Shown: piece by piece, positions 17,075 through 32,591 of the stretch
How positions within the stretch are numbered: position 1 is the first letter of the stretch
Layout: every line of letters begins with the position of its first letter
Assembly: GCA_964035545.1 (NCBI GenBank)
Contig: CAXIUT010000230.1
Location: forward strand, 868,001 to 932,000
Source of the DNA: Bugula neritina
Lineage: Eukaryota > Animalia > Bryozoa
Direction: 5' to 3'
DNA length: 64,000 nucleotides
The notes under the pieces: generated by a model
Database searches by the model: none
Seen by the model: the letters and a program-made list of their open reading frames with translations, nothing else
What the model was told of the DNA's origin: nothing
Made by a program: the position numbers and the translations under genes

Positions 17075-17896
17075 CACTGAAATACACTGAAACATAATGC
17101 AACATACTGCAACATACTGAAATACACTGCAACATACTGCAAGATACTGCAACGTACGGAAATACAGTGTAACTTATTGAATTACACTGCATCATACTGC
17201 AACATACTGAGATACACTGGAACATATTGATATACACTGCAACACATTGAAATATACTGCAACACACTGAACCATATGGCAACATACCGAAATTTACTGC
17301 GACACACTGAAAAATACTGCAACATACAAATTATACTTCAAGTGGTGCAACATTCTGAAATACAATGTGACACACTGAAATACACTGCAACATACTGCAA
17401 CACACTAAAAAATTGTGCGACACATTGAAATATACTGCAACATATTGAAATATACTGTAACATACTGCAACATACTAAAATACACTGCAACATACTGAAA
17501 TACATTGCAATACATTAAAATATACTGCGACATACTGAAACATACTGCAACATGCTGAAATATACTGCAACATACTGAAATACACTATAACATATTGAAA
17601 TATACTGCAACATACTGAATTACAGTATAACATACTGAAATATGCTGTAGCATACTGAAATACACTGCAACACACTGAAGTATACTGTAATACACTGAAA
17701 TGTAATGCAACATACTGAATTATACTGCAACATAGTGCAACATACTGAAATACACTGTGACACACTGAAATACACTGAAACATAATGCAACATACTGCAA
17801 CATACTGAAATACACTGTAACATACTGCAACATACTGCAACATAATGAAATACACCGTAACATATCGAAATACACTGCAACATACTGCAACATACT

Positions 17897-18310
17897 GAAA
17901 TGCACCGGAACATAAAGGAATACCCTGCAACACATTGAAATATACTGCAACAGACTGAAACATACTGCAACATACTGAAATGTAATGTAATATACAGAAA
18001 TGTACTGTAACATACTGAAATATACTGTAACAGACTGAAATATACTCTAACATACCGAAATACACTGTAACATACTGAAATATACTGCAACATACTGCAA
18101 CATACTGAATTACACTTGAACATAATGAAATACACTGCAACACATTGAAATATACTGCAACATATCGAAATGAATGGTAAACTAGTGTAATATACTGTAA
18201 CATAATGAAACACACCGGAACATACTGCAAAGTACTAAAGTATAGTGTAACACACTGAAATATACGGCAACATACTGAAATATACTGCAACACGTTGAAA
18301 AATATTGCAA
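17897..18310 (+). repeat. Representative copy of the most divergent ~400-bp module (GAAATGCACCGGAAC...GAAATGAATGGTAAACTAGT...AAAGTATAGT); about 11 copies in the window
   Basis: ACTAGT-bearing copies at 6055, 10422, 18181, 32801, 37636, 40259, 43758, 47997, 50922, 53523 and 61651; a mutated copy (actatt) at ~6595. Confidence 0.85.
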
Positions 18311-21300
18311 CATACTGAAATATACTGCAACATACTGCAACATACTGAAATACACTGTGACACACTGAAATACACTACAACATACTGCAACATACTGAAA
18401 TACACTGGAACATATTGAAATACACTGCGACACATTGAAACATACTGCAACATACTGAAATATACTGCAAGATACCGCAACATACTGAAACAGACTGTGA
18501 CATACTGAAATACACTGCAACATACTGCAAGATACCGCAACCTACTGAAATACACTGTACCATATTGAAATACACTGCATCATACTGCAACATACTGAAT
18601 TACACTGGAACATATTGATATACACTGCAACACATTGAAATATACTGCAACACACTGAAACATACGGCAATATACCAAAATATACTGCGACACCTTGAAA
18701 AATACTGCAACATACTGAAATATACTGCAAGTGGTGCAACATACTGAAATACACTGTGACATACTGAATTACACTGCAACATACTGTAAGATACTGCAAC
18801 GTACGGAAATACAGTGTAACTTATTGAGTTACACTGCATCATACTGCAACATACTGAGATACACTGGAACATATTGATATACACTGCAACACAATGAAAT
18901 ATACTGCAACACACTGAACCATATGGCAACATACCGAAGTTTACTGCGACACACGGAAAAATACTGCAACATACGAATTATACTTCAAGTGGTGCAACAT
19001 ACTGAAATACAATGTGACCCACTGAAATACACTGCAACATACTGCAACATACTGCAACATACTGAAATATTGTGCGACACATTGAAATATACTGCAACAT
19101 ATTGAAATATACTGTAACATACTGCAACATACGGCAGCATACCGAAATATACTGCGACACCTTGAAAAATACTGCAACATACTGAAATATACTGCAAGTG
19201 GTGCAACATACTGAAATACACTGTGACATACTGAAATACACTGCAACATACTGCAAGATACTGCAACGTACGGAAATACAGTGTGACTTATTGAATTACA
19301 CTGCATCATACTGCAACATACTGAGATACACTGGAACATATTGATAAACACTGCGACACATTGAAATATACTGCAACACACTGAACCATATGGCAACATA
19401 CCGAAATTTACTGCGACACACTGAAAAATACTGCAACATACGAATTATACTTCAAGTGGTGCAACATTCTGAAATACAATGTGACACACTGAAATACACT
19501 GCAACATACTGCAACATACTGCAACATACTGAAATATTGTGCGACACATTGAAATATACTGCAACATATTGAAATATACCGTAACATACTGCAACATACT
19601 AAAATACACTGCAACATACTGAAATACATTGCAATACATTAAAATATACTGCGACATACTGAAACATACTGCAACATGCTGAAATATACTGCAACATACT
19701 GAAATACACTATAACATATTGAAATATACTGCAACATACTGAATTACACTCTAACATACTGAAATATGCTGTAGCATACTGAAATACACTGCAACACACT
19801 GAAGTATACTGTAATACACTGAAATGTAATGCAACATACTGAATTATACTGCAACATAGTGCAACATACTGAAATACACTGTGACACACTGAAATACACT
19901 GAAACATAATGCAACATACTGCAACACACTGAAATACACCGTAACATATCGAAATACACTGCAACATACTGCAACATACTGAAATACACTGTAACATATT
20001 GAATTACACTGCATCATACTGCAACATACTGAAAAACACTGGAACATATTGATATACACTGCAACTCTTTGAAATATACTGCAACACACTGCAACATACG
20101 GCAGCATACCGAAATATACTGCGACACCTTGAAAAATACTGCAACATACTGAAATATACTGCAAGTGGTGCAACATACTGAAATACACTGTGACATACTG
20201 AATTACACTGCAACATACTGCAAGATACTGCAACGTACGGAAATACAGTGTAACTTATTGAAATACACTGCATCATACTGCAACATACTGAGATACACTG
20301 GAACATATTGATAAACACTGCAACACATTGAAATATACTGCAACACACTGAACCATATGGCAACATACCAAAATTTACTGCGACACACTGAAATACACTG
20401 CAACATACTGCAACATACTGCAACATACTGAAATATTGTGCGACACATTGAAATATACTGCAACATATTGAAATATACTCTAACATACTGCAACATACTA
20501 AAATACACTGCAACATACTGAAATACATTGCAACACATTAAAATATACTGCGACATACTGAAACATACTGCAACATGCTGAAATATACTGCAACATACTG
20601 AAATACACTATAACATATTGAAATATACTGCAACATACTGAATTACACTCTAACATACTGAAATATGCTGTAGCATACTGAAATACACTGCAACATACTG
20701 CAACATACTGAAATACACTGCAACACATTAAAATATACTGCAACATACTGAAACATACTGCAACATACTGAAATATTGTGCGCCACAATAAAATATACTG
20801 CAACATATTGTAATATACTGTAACATACTGCAACATACTAAAATACACTGCAACACATTAAAATGTACTGCAACATACAGAAACATACTGCAACATACTG
20901 AAATACACTGTGACACACTGAAATACACTACAACATACTGCAACATACTGAAATACACTGGAACATATTGAAATACACTGCGACACATTGAAACATACTG
21001 CAACATACTGAAATATACTGCAAGATACCGCAACATACTGAAACAGACTGTGACATACTGAAATACACTGCAACATACTGCAAGATACCGCAACCTACTG
21101 AAATACACTGTACCATATTGAAATACACCGCATCATACTGCAACATACTGAATTACACTGGAACATATTGATATACACTGCAACACATTGAAATATACTG
21201 CAACACACTGAAACATACGGCAATATACCAAAATATACTGCGACACCTTGAAAAATACTGCAACATACTGAAATATACTGCAAGTGGTGCAACATACTGA

Positions 21301-24300
21301 AATACACTGTGACATACTGAATTACACTGCAACATACTGTAAGATACTGCAACGTACGGAAATACAGTGTAACTTATTGAGTTACACTGCATCATACTGC
21401 AACATACTGAGATACACTGGAACATATTGATATACACTGCAACACAATGAAATATACTGCAACACACTGAACCATATGGCAACATACCGAAGTTTACTGC
21501 GACACACGGAAAAATACTGCAACATACGAATTATACTTCAAGTGGTGCAACAGACTGAAATACAATGTGACCCACTGAAATACACTGCAACATACTGTAA
21601 CATACTGCAACATACTGAAATATTGCGCGACACATTGAAATATACTGCAACATATTGAAATATACTGTAACATACTGCAACATACGGCAGCATACCGAAA
21701 TATACTGCGACACCTTGAAAAATACTGCAACATACTGAAATATACTGCAAATGGTGCAACATACTGAAATACACTGTGACATACTGAAATACACTGCAAC
21801 ATACTGCAAGATACTGCAACGTACGGAAATACAGTGTGACTTATTGAATTACACTGCATCATACTGCAACATACTGAGATACACTGGAACATATTGATAA
21901 ACACTGCCACACATTGAAATATACTGCAACACACTGAACCATATGGCAACATACCGAAATTTACTGCGACACACTGAAAAATACTGCAACATACGAATTA
22001 TACTTCAAGTGGTGCAACATTCTGAAATACAATGTGACACACTGAAATACACTGCAACATACTGCAACATACTTCAACATACTGAAATATTGTGCGACAC
22101 ATTGAAATATACTGCAACATATTGAAATATACCGTAACATACTGCAACATACTAAAATACACTGCAACATACTGAAATACATTGCAATACATTAAAATAT
22201 ACTGCGACATACTGAAACATACTGCAACATGCTGAAATATACTGCAACATACTGAAATACACTATAACATATTGAAATATACTGCAACATACTGAATTAC
22301 ACTCTAACATACTGAAATATGCTGTAGCATACTGAAATACACTGCAACACACTGAAGTATACTGTAATACACTGAAATGTAATGCAACATACTGAATTAT
22401 ACTGCAACATAGTGCAACATACTGAAATACACTGTGACACACTGAAATACACTGAAACATAATGCAACATACTGCAACACACTGAAATACACCGTAACAT
22501 ATCGAAATACACTGCAACATACTGCAACATACTGAAATACACTGTAACATATTGAATTACACTGCATCATACTGCAACATACTGAAAAACACTGGAACAT
22601 ATTGATATACACTGCAACTCTTTGAAATATACTGCAACACACTGCAACATACGGCAGCATACCGAAATATACTGCGACACCTTGAAAAATACTGCAACAT
22701 ACTGAAATATACTGCAACATACTGCAACATACTGAAATACACTGTGACACACTGAAATACACTACAACATACTGCAACATACTGAAATACACTGGAACAT
22801 ATTGAAATACACTGCGACACATTGAAACATACTGCAACATACTGAAATATACTGCAAGATACCGCAACATACTGAAACAGACTGTGACATACTGAAATAC
22901 ACTGCAACATACTGCAAGATACCGCAACCTACTGAAATACACTGTACCATATTGAAATACACTGCATCATACTGCAACATACTGAATTACACTGGAACAT
23001 ATTGATATACACTGCAACACATTGAAATATACTGCAACACACTGAAACATACGGCAATATACCAAAATATACTGCGACACCTTGAAAAATACTGCAACAT
23101 ACTGAAATATACTGCAAGTGGTGCAACATACTGAAATACACTGTGACATACTGAATTACACTGCAACATACTGTAAGATACTGCAACGTACGGAAATACA
23201 GTGTAACTTATTGAGTTACACTGCATCATACTGCAACATACTGAGATACACTGGAACATATTGATATACACTGCAACACAATGAAATATACTGCAACACA
23301 CTGAACCATATGGCAACATACCGAAGTTTACTGCGACACACGGAAAAATACTGCAACATACGAATTATACTTCAAGTGGTGCAACATACTGAAACACAAT
23401 GTGACCCACTGAAATACACTGCAACATACTGCAACATACTGCAACATACTGAAATATTGTGCGACACATTGAAATATACTGCAACATATTGAAATATACT
23501 GTAACATACTGCAACATACGGCAGCATACCGAAATATACTGCGACACCTTGAAAAATACTGCAACATACTGAAATATACTGCAAGTGGTGCAACATACTG
23601 AAATACACTGTGACATACTGAAATACACTGCAACATACTGCAAGATACTGCAACGTACGGAAATACAGTGTGACTTATTGAATTACACTGCATCATACTG
23701 CAACATACTGAGATACACTGGAACATATTGATAAACACTGCGACACATTGAAATATACTGCAACACACTGAACCATATGGCAACATACCGAAATTTACTG
23801 CGACACACTGAAAAATACTGCAACATACGAATTATACTTCAAGTGGTGCAACATTCTGAAATACAATGTGACACACTGAAATACACTGCAACATACTGCA
23901 ACATACTGCAACATACTGAAATATTGTGCGACACATTGAAATATACTGCAACATATTGAAATATACCGTAACATACTGCAACATACTAAAATACACTGCA
24001 ACATACTGAAATACATTGCAATACATTAAAATATACTGCGACATACTGAAACATACTGCAACATGCTGAAATATACTGCAACATACTGAAATACACTATA
24101 ACATATTGAAATATACTGCAACATACTGAATTACACTCTAACATACTGAAATATGCTGTAGCATACTGAAATACACTGCAACACACTGAAGTATACTGTA
24201 ATACACTGAAATGTAATGCAACATACTGAATTATACTGCAACATAGTGCAACATACTCAAATACACTACAACAAACTGCAACATACTGAAATACACTGGA

Positions 24301-27300
24301 ACATATTGAAATACACTGCGTTACATTGAAACATACTGCAACATACTGAAATACACTGTGACACATTGAAATACACTGCAACATACTGCAACATACTGCA
24401 ACATACTGAAATGCATTGCAACACATTAAAATATACTGCAACATACTGAAACATACTGCAACATACTGAAATACACTGTGACACACTGAAATACACTGAA
24501 ACATAATGCAACATACTGCAACACACTGAAATACACCGTAACATATCGAAATACACTGCAACATACTGCAACATACTGAAATACACTGTAACATATTGAA
24601 TTACACTGCATCATACTGCAACATACTGAAAAACACTGGAACATATTGATATACACTGCAACTCTTTGAAATATACTGCAACACACTGCAACATACGGCA
24701 GCATACCGAAATATACTGCGACACCTTGAAAAATACTGCAACATACTGAAATATACTGCAAGTGGTGCAACATACTGAAATACACTGTGACATACTGAAT
24801 TACACTGCAACATACTGCAAGATACTGCAACGTACGGAAATACAGTGTAACTTATTGAAATACACTGCATCATACTGCAACATACTGAGATACACTGGAA
24901 CATATTGATAAACACTGCAACACATTGAAATATACTGCAACACACTGAACCATATGGCAACATACCAAAATTTACTGCGACACACTGAAATACACTGCAA
25001 CATACTGCAACATACTGCAACATACTGAAATATTGTGCGACACATTGAAATATACTGCAACATATTGAAATATACTCTAACATACTGCAACATACTAAAA
25101 TACACTGCAACATACTGAAATACATTGCAACACATTAAAATATACTGCGACATACTGAAACATACTGCAACATGCTGAAATATACTGCAACATACTGAAA
25201 TACACTATAACATATTGAAATATACTGCAACATACTGAATTACACTCTAACATACTGAAATATGCTGTAGCATACTGAAATACACTGCAACATACTGCAA
25301 CATACTGAAATACACTGCAACACATTAAAATATACTGCAACATACTGAAACATACTGCAACATACTGAAATATTGTGCGCCACAATAAAATATACTGCAA
25401 CATATTGTAATATACTGTAACATACTGCAACATACTAAAATACACTGCAACACATTAAAATGTACTGCAACATACAGAAACATACTGCAACATACTGAAA
25501 TACACTGTGACACACTGAAATACACTACAACATACTGCAACATACTGAAATACACTGGAACATATTGAAATACACTGCGACACATTGAAACATACTGCAA
25601 CATACTGAAATATACTGCAAGATACCGCAACATACTGAAACAGACTGTGACATACTGAAATACACTGCAACATACTGCAAGATACCGCAACCTACTGAAA
25701 TACACTGTACCATATTGAAATACACCGCATCATACTGCAACATACTGAATTACACTGGAACATATTGATATACACTGCAACACATTGAAATATACTGCAA
25801 CACACTGAAACATACGGCAATATACCAAAATATACTGCGACACCTTGAAAAATACTGCAACATACTGAAATATACTGCAAGTGGTGCAACATACTGAAAT
25901 ACACTGTGACATACTGAATTACACTGCAACATACTGTAAGATACTGCAACGTACGGAAATACAGTGTAACTTATTGAGTTACACTGCATCATACTGCAAC
26001 ATACTGAGATACACTGGAACATATTGATATACACTGCAACACAATGAAATATACTGCAACACACTGAACCATATGGCAACATACCGAAGTTTACTGCGAC
26101 ACACGGAAAAATACTGCAACATACGAATTATACTTCAAGTGGTGCAACAGACTGAAATACAATGTGACCCACTGAAATACACTGCAACATACTGTAACAT
26201 ACTGCAACATACTGAAATATTGTGCGACACATTGAAATATACTGCAACATATTGAAATATACTGTAACATACTGCAACATACGGCAGCATACCGAAATAT
26301 ACTGCGACACCTTGAAAAATACTGCAACATACTGAAATATACTGCAAGTGGTGCAACATACTGAAATACACTGTGACATACTGAAATACACTGCAACATA
26401 CTGCAAGATACTGCAACGTACGGAAATACAGTGTGACTTATTGAATTACACTGCATCATACTGCAACATACTGAGATACACTGGAACATATTGATAAACA
26501 CTGCCACACATTGAAATATACTGCAACACACTGAACCATATGGCAACATACCGAAATTTACTGCGACACACTGAAAAATACTGCAACATACGAATTATAC
26601 TTCAAGTGGTGCAACATTCTGAAATACAATGTGACACACTGAAATACACTGCAACATACTGCAACATACTTCAACATACTGAAATATTGTGCGACACATT
26701 GAAATATACTGCAACATATTGAAATATACCGTAACATACTGCAACATACTAAAATACACTGCAACATACTGAAATACATTGCAATACATTAAAATATACT
26801 GCGACATACTGAAACATACTGCAACATGCTGAAATATACTGCAACATACTGAAATACACTATAACATATTGAAATATACTGCAACATACTGAATTACACT
26901 CTAACATACTGAAATATGCTGTAGCATACTGAAATACACTGCAACACACTGAAGTATACTGTAATACACTGAAATGTAATGCAACATACTGAATTATACT
27001 GCAACATAGTGCAACATACTCAAATACACTACAACAAACTGCAACATACTGAAATACACTGGAACATATTGAAATACACTGCGATACATTGAAACATACT
27101 GCAACATACTGAAATACACTGTGACACATTGAAATACACTGCAACATACTGCAACATACTGCAACATACTGAAATGCATTGCAACACATTAAAATATACT
27201 GCAACATACTGAAACATACTGCAACATACTGAAATACACTGTGACACACTGAAATACACTGAAACATAATGCAACATACTGCAACACACTGAAATACACC

Positions 27301-30070
27301 GTAACATATCGAAATACACTGCAACATACTGCAACATACTGAAATACACTGTAACATATTGAATTACACTGCATCATACTGCAACATACTGAAAAACACT
27401 GGAACATATTGATATACACTGCAACTCTTTGAAATATACTGCAACACACTGCAACATACGGCAGCATACCGAAATATACTGCGACACCTTGAAAAATACT
27501 GCAACATACTGAAATATACTGCAAGTGGTGCAACATACTGAAATACACTGTGACATACTGAATTACACTGCAACATACGGCAAGATACTGCAACGTACGG
27601 AAATACAGTGTAACTTATTGAAATACACTGCATCATACTGCAACATACTGAGATACACTGGAACATATTGATAAACACTGCAACACATTGAAATATACTG
27701 CAACACACTGAACCATATGGCAACATACCAAAATTTACTGCGACACACTGAAATACACTGCAACATACTGCAACATACTGCAACATACTGAAATATTGTG
27801 CGACACATTGAAATATACTGCAACATATTGAAATATACTCTAACATACTGCAACATACTAAAATACACTGCAACATACTGAAATACATTGCAACACATTA
27901 AAATATACTGCGACATACTGAAACATACTGCAACATGCTGAAATATACTGCAACATACTGAAATACACTATAACATATTGAAATATACTGCAACATACTG
28001 AATTACACTCTAACATACTGAAATATGCTGTAGCATACTGAAATACACTGCAACATACTGCAACATACTGAAATACACTGCAACACATTAAAATATACTG
28101 CAACATACTGAAACATACTGCAACATACTGAAATATTGTGCGCCACAATAAAATATACTGCAACATATTGTAATATACTGTAACATACTGCAACATACTA
28201 AAATACACTGCAACACATTAAAATGTACTGCAACATACAGAAACATACTGCAACATACTGAAATACACTGTGACACACTGAAATACACTACAACATACTG
28301 CAACATACTGAAATACACTGGAACATATTGAAATACACTGCGACACATTGAAACATACTGCAACATACTGAAATATACTGCAAGATACCGCAACATACTG
28401 AAACAGACTGTGACATACTGAAATACACTGCAACATACTGCAAGATACCGCAACCTACTGAAATACACTGTACCATATTGAAATACACCGCATCATACTG
28501 CAACATACTGAATTACACTGGAACATATTGATATACACTGCAACACATTGAAATATACTGCAACACACTGAAACATACGGCAATATACCAAAATATACTG
28601 CGACACCTTGAAAAATACTGCAACATACTGAAATATACTGCAAGTGGTGCAACATACTGAAATACACTGTGACATACTGAATTACACTGCAACATACTGT
28701 AAGATACTGCAACGTACGGAAATACAGTGTAACTTATTGAGTTACACTGCATCATACTGCAACATACTGAGATACACTGGAACATATTGATATACACTGC
28801 AACACAATGAAATATACTGCAACACACTGAACCATATGGCAACATACCGAAGTTTACTGCGACACACGGAAAAATACTGCAACATACGAATTATACTTCA
28901 AGTGGTGCAACAGACTGAAATACAATGTGACCCACTGAAATACACTGCAACATACTGTAACATACTGCAACATACTGAAATATTGTGCGACACATTGAAA
29001 TATACTGCAACATATTGAAATATACTGTAACATACTGCAACATACGGCAGCATACCGAAATATACTGCGACACCTTGAAAAATACTGCAACATACTGAAA
29101 TATACTGCAAGTGGTGCAACATACTGAAATACACTGTGACATACTGAAATACACTGCAACATACTGCAAGATACTGCAACGTACGGAAATACAGTGTGAC
29201 TTATTGAATTACACTGCATCATACTGCAACATACTGAGATACACTGGAACATATTGATAAACACTGCCACACATTGAAATATACTGCAACACACTGAACC
29301 ATATGGCAACATACCGAAATTTACTGCGACACACTGAAAAATACTGCAACATACGAATTATACTTCAAGTGGTGCAACATTCTGAAATACAATGTGACAC
29401 ACTGAAATACACTGCAACATACTGCAACATACTTCAACATACTGAAATATTGTGCGACACATTGAAATATACTGCAACATATTGAAATATACCGTAACAT
29501 ACTGCAACATACTAAAATACACTGCAACATACTGAAATACATTGCAATACATTAAAATATACTGCGACATACTGAAACATACTGCAACATGCTGAAATAT
29601 ACTGCAACATACTGAAATACACTATAACATATTGAAATATACTGCAACATACTGAATTACACTCTAACATACTGAAATATGCTGTAGCATACTGAAATAC
29701 ACTGCAACACACTGAAGTATACTGTAATACACTGAAATGTAATGCAACATACTGAATTATACTGCAACATAGTGCAACATACTGAAATACACTGTGACAC
29801 ACTGAAATACACTGAAACATAATGCAACATACTGCAACACACTGAAATACACCGTAACATATCGAAATACACTGCAACATACTGCAACATACTGAAATAC
29901 ACTGTAACATATTGAATTACACTGCATCATACTGCAACATACTGAAAAACACTGGAACATATTGATATACACTGCAACTCTTTGAAATATACTGCAACAC
30001 ACTGCAACATACGGCAGCATACCGAAATATACTGCGACACCTTGAAAAATACTGCAACATACTGAAATAT
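18295..30070 (+). repeat. Homogenised higher-order repeat domain of five related units (2553, 1834, 2763, 2763 and ~1834 bp)
   Basis: The private variant ccgaagtttactgcgacacacgg (MATYRS ORFs) occurs in the ORFs starting at 18923, 21476, 23310, 26073 and 28836. TTGAAAAATA junction anchors at 18295, 22682 and 30042. Confidence 0.9.
23909..29783 (+). repeat. Near-identical 2763-bp tandem duplication
   Basis: ORF pairs 23986/26749, 24601/27364, 26073/28836 and 26540/29303 are offset by 2763. The match breaks at 23908/26671 and 27021/29784. Only two differences noticed (~24321, ~27579). Confidence 0.9.
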
Positions 30071-32591
30071 ACTGCAAGTGGTGCAACATACTGAAATACA
30101 CTGTGACATACTGAAATACACTGCAACATACTGCAAGATACTGAGATACACTGGAACATATTGATATACACTGCAACACATTGAAATATACTGCAACTCA
30201 CTGAACCATATGGCAACATACCGAAATTTACTGCGACACACTGAAAAATACTGCAACATATTGAAATATACTGTAACATACTGCAACATACTAAAATACA
30301 CTGCAACACATTAAAATACACTGCAACATACTGAAACATACTGCAACATACTGAAATATTGTGCGACACAATAAAATATACTGCAACATATTGAAATATA
30401 CTGTAACATACTGCAACATACTAAAATACACTGCAACACATTAAAACATACTGCAACATACTGAAACATATGGCAACATACCGAAATTTACTGCGACACA
30501 CTGAAAAATACTTCAACATACAAATTATACTTCAAGTGGTGCAACATTCTGAAATACAATGTGACACACTGAAATACACTGCAACATACTGCAACACACT
30601 AAAAAATTGTGCGACACATTGAAATAGACTGCAACATATTGAAATATACTGTAACATACTGCAACATACTAAAATACACTGCAACATACTGAAATACATT
30701 GCAACACATTAAAATATACTGCGACATACTGAAACATACTGCAACATGCTGAAATATACTGTAACATACTGAAATACACTATAACATATTGAAATATACT
30801 GCAACATATAGAATTACAGTATAACATACTGAAATATGCTGTAGCATACTGAAATACACTGCAACACACTGAAGTATACTGTAATACACTGAAATGTAAT
30901 GCAACATACTGAATTATACTGCAACATAGTGCAACATACTGAAATACACTGTGACACACTGAAATACAGTGAAACATAATGCAACATACTGCAACATACT
31001 GAAATACACTGTAACATACTGCAACATACTGCAACATACTGAAGTACACCGTAACATATCGAAATACACTGCAACATACTGCAACATACTGAAATGCACC
31101 GGAACATAATGGAATACCCTGCAACACATTGAAATATACTGCAACATACTGAAATGTAATGTAATATACAGAAATGTACTGTAACATACTGAAATATACT
31201 GTAACAGACTGAAATATACTCTAACATACCGAAATACACTGTAACATACTGAAATATACTGCAAGTGGTGCAACATACTGAAATACACTGTGACATACTG
31301 AAATACACTGCAACATACTGCAAGATACTGCAACGTACGGAAATACAGTGTGACTTATTGAATTACACTGCATCATACTGCAACATACTGAGATACACTG
31401 GAACATATTGATAAACACTGCAACTCTTTGAAATATACTGCAACACACTGCAACATACGGCAGCATACCAAAATATACTGCGACACCTTGAAAAATACTG
31501 CAACATACTGAAATATACTGCAAGTGGTGCAACATACTGAAATACACTGTGACATACTGAAATACACTGCAACATACTGCAAGATACTGAGATACACTGG
31601 AACATATTGATATACACTGCAACACATTGAAATATACTGCAACACACTGAACCATATGGCAACATACCGAAATTTACTGCGACACACTGAAAAATACTGC
31701 AACATATTGAAATATACTGTAACATACTGCAACATACTAAAATACACTGCAACACATTAAAATATACTGCAACATACTGAAACATACTGCAACATACTGA
31801 AATATTGTGCGACACAATAAAATATACTGCAACATATTGAAATATACTCTAACATACTGCAACATACTAAAATACACTGCAACACATTAAAACATACTGC
31901 AACATACTGAAACATATGGCAACATACCGAAATTTACTGCGACACACTGAAAAATACTTCAACATACAAATTATACTTCAAGTGGTGCAACATTCTGAAA
32001 TACAATGTGACACACTGAAATACACTGCAACATACTGCAACACACTAAAAAATTGTGCGACACATTGAAATAGACTGCAACATATTGAAATATACTGTAA
32101 CATACTGCAACATACTAAAATACACTGCAACATACTGAAATACATTGCAACACATTAAAATATACTGCGACATACTGAAACATACTGCAACATGCTGAAA
32201 TATACTGTAACATACTGAAATACACTATAACATATTGAAATATACTGCAACATATTGAATTACAGTATAACATACTGAAATATGCTGTAGCATACTGAAA
32301 TACACTGCAACACACTGAAGTATACTGTAATACACTGAAATGTAATGCAACATACTGAATTATACTGCAACATAGTGCAACATACTGAAATACACTGTGA
32401 CACACTGAAATACAGTGAAACATAATGCAACATACTGCAACATACTGAAATACACTGTAACATACTGCAACATACTGCAACATACTGAAATACACCGTAA
32501 CATATCGAAATACACTGCAACATACTGCAACATACTGAAATGCACCGGAACATAATGGAATACCCTGCAACACATTGAAATATACTGCAAC
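29970..32591 (+). repeat. Duplication with 1446-bp offset (~29970-31145 vs ~31416-32591)
   Basis: ORF pairs 29917/31363 and 30669/32115 are offset by 1446; shared variant aatacttcaacatacaaattatac near 30510 and 31955. Confidence 0.82.
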
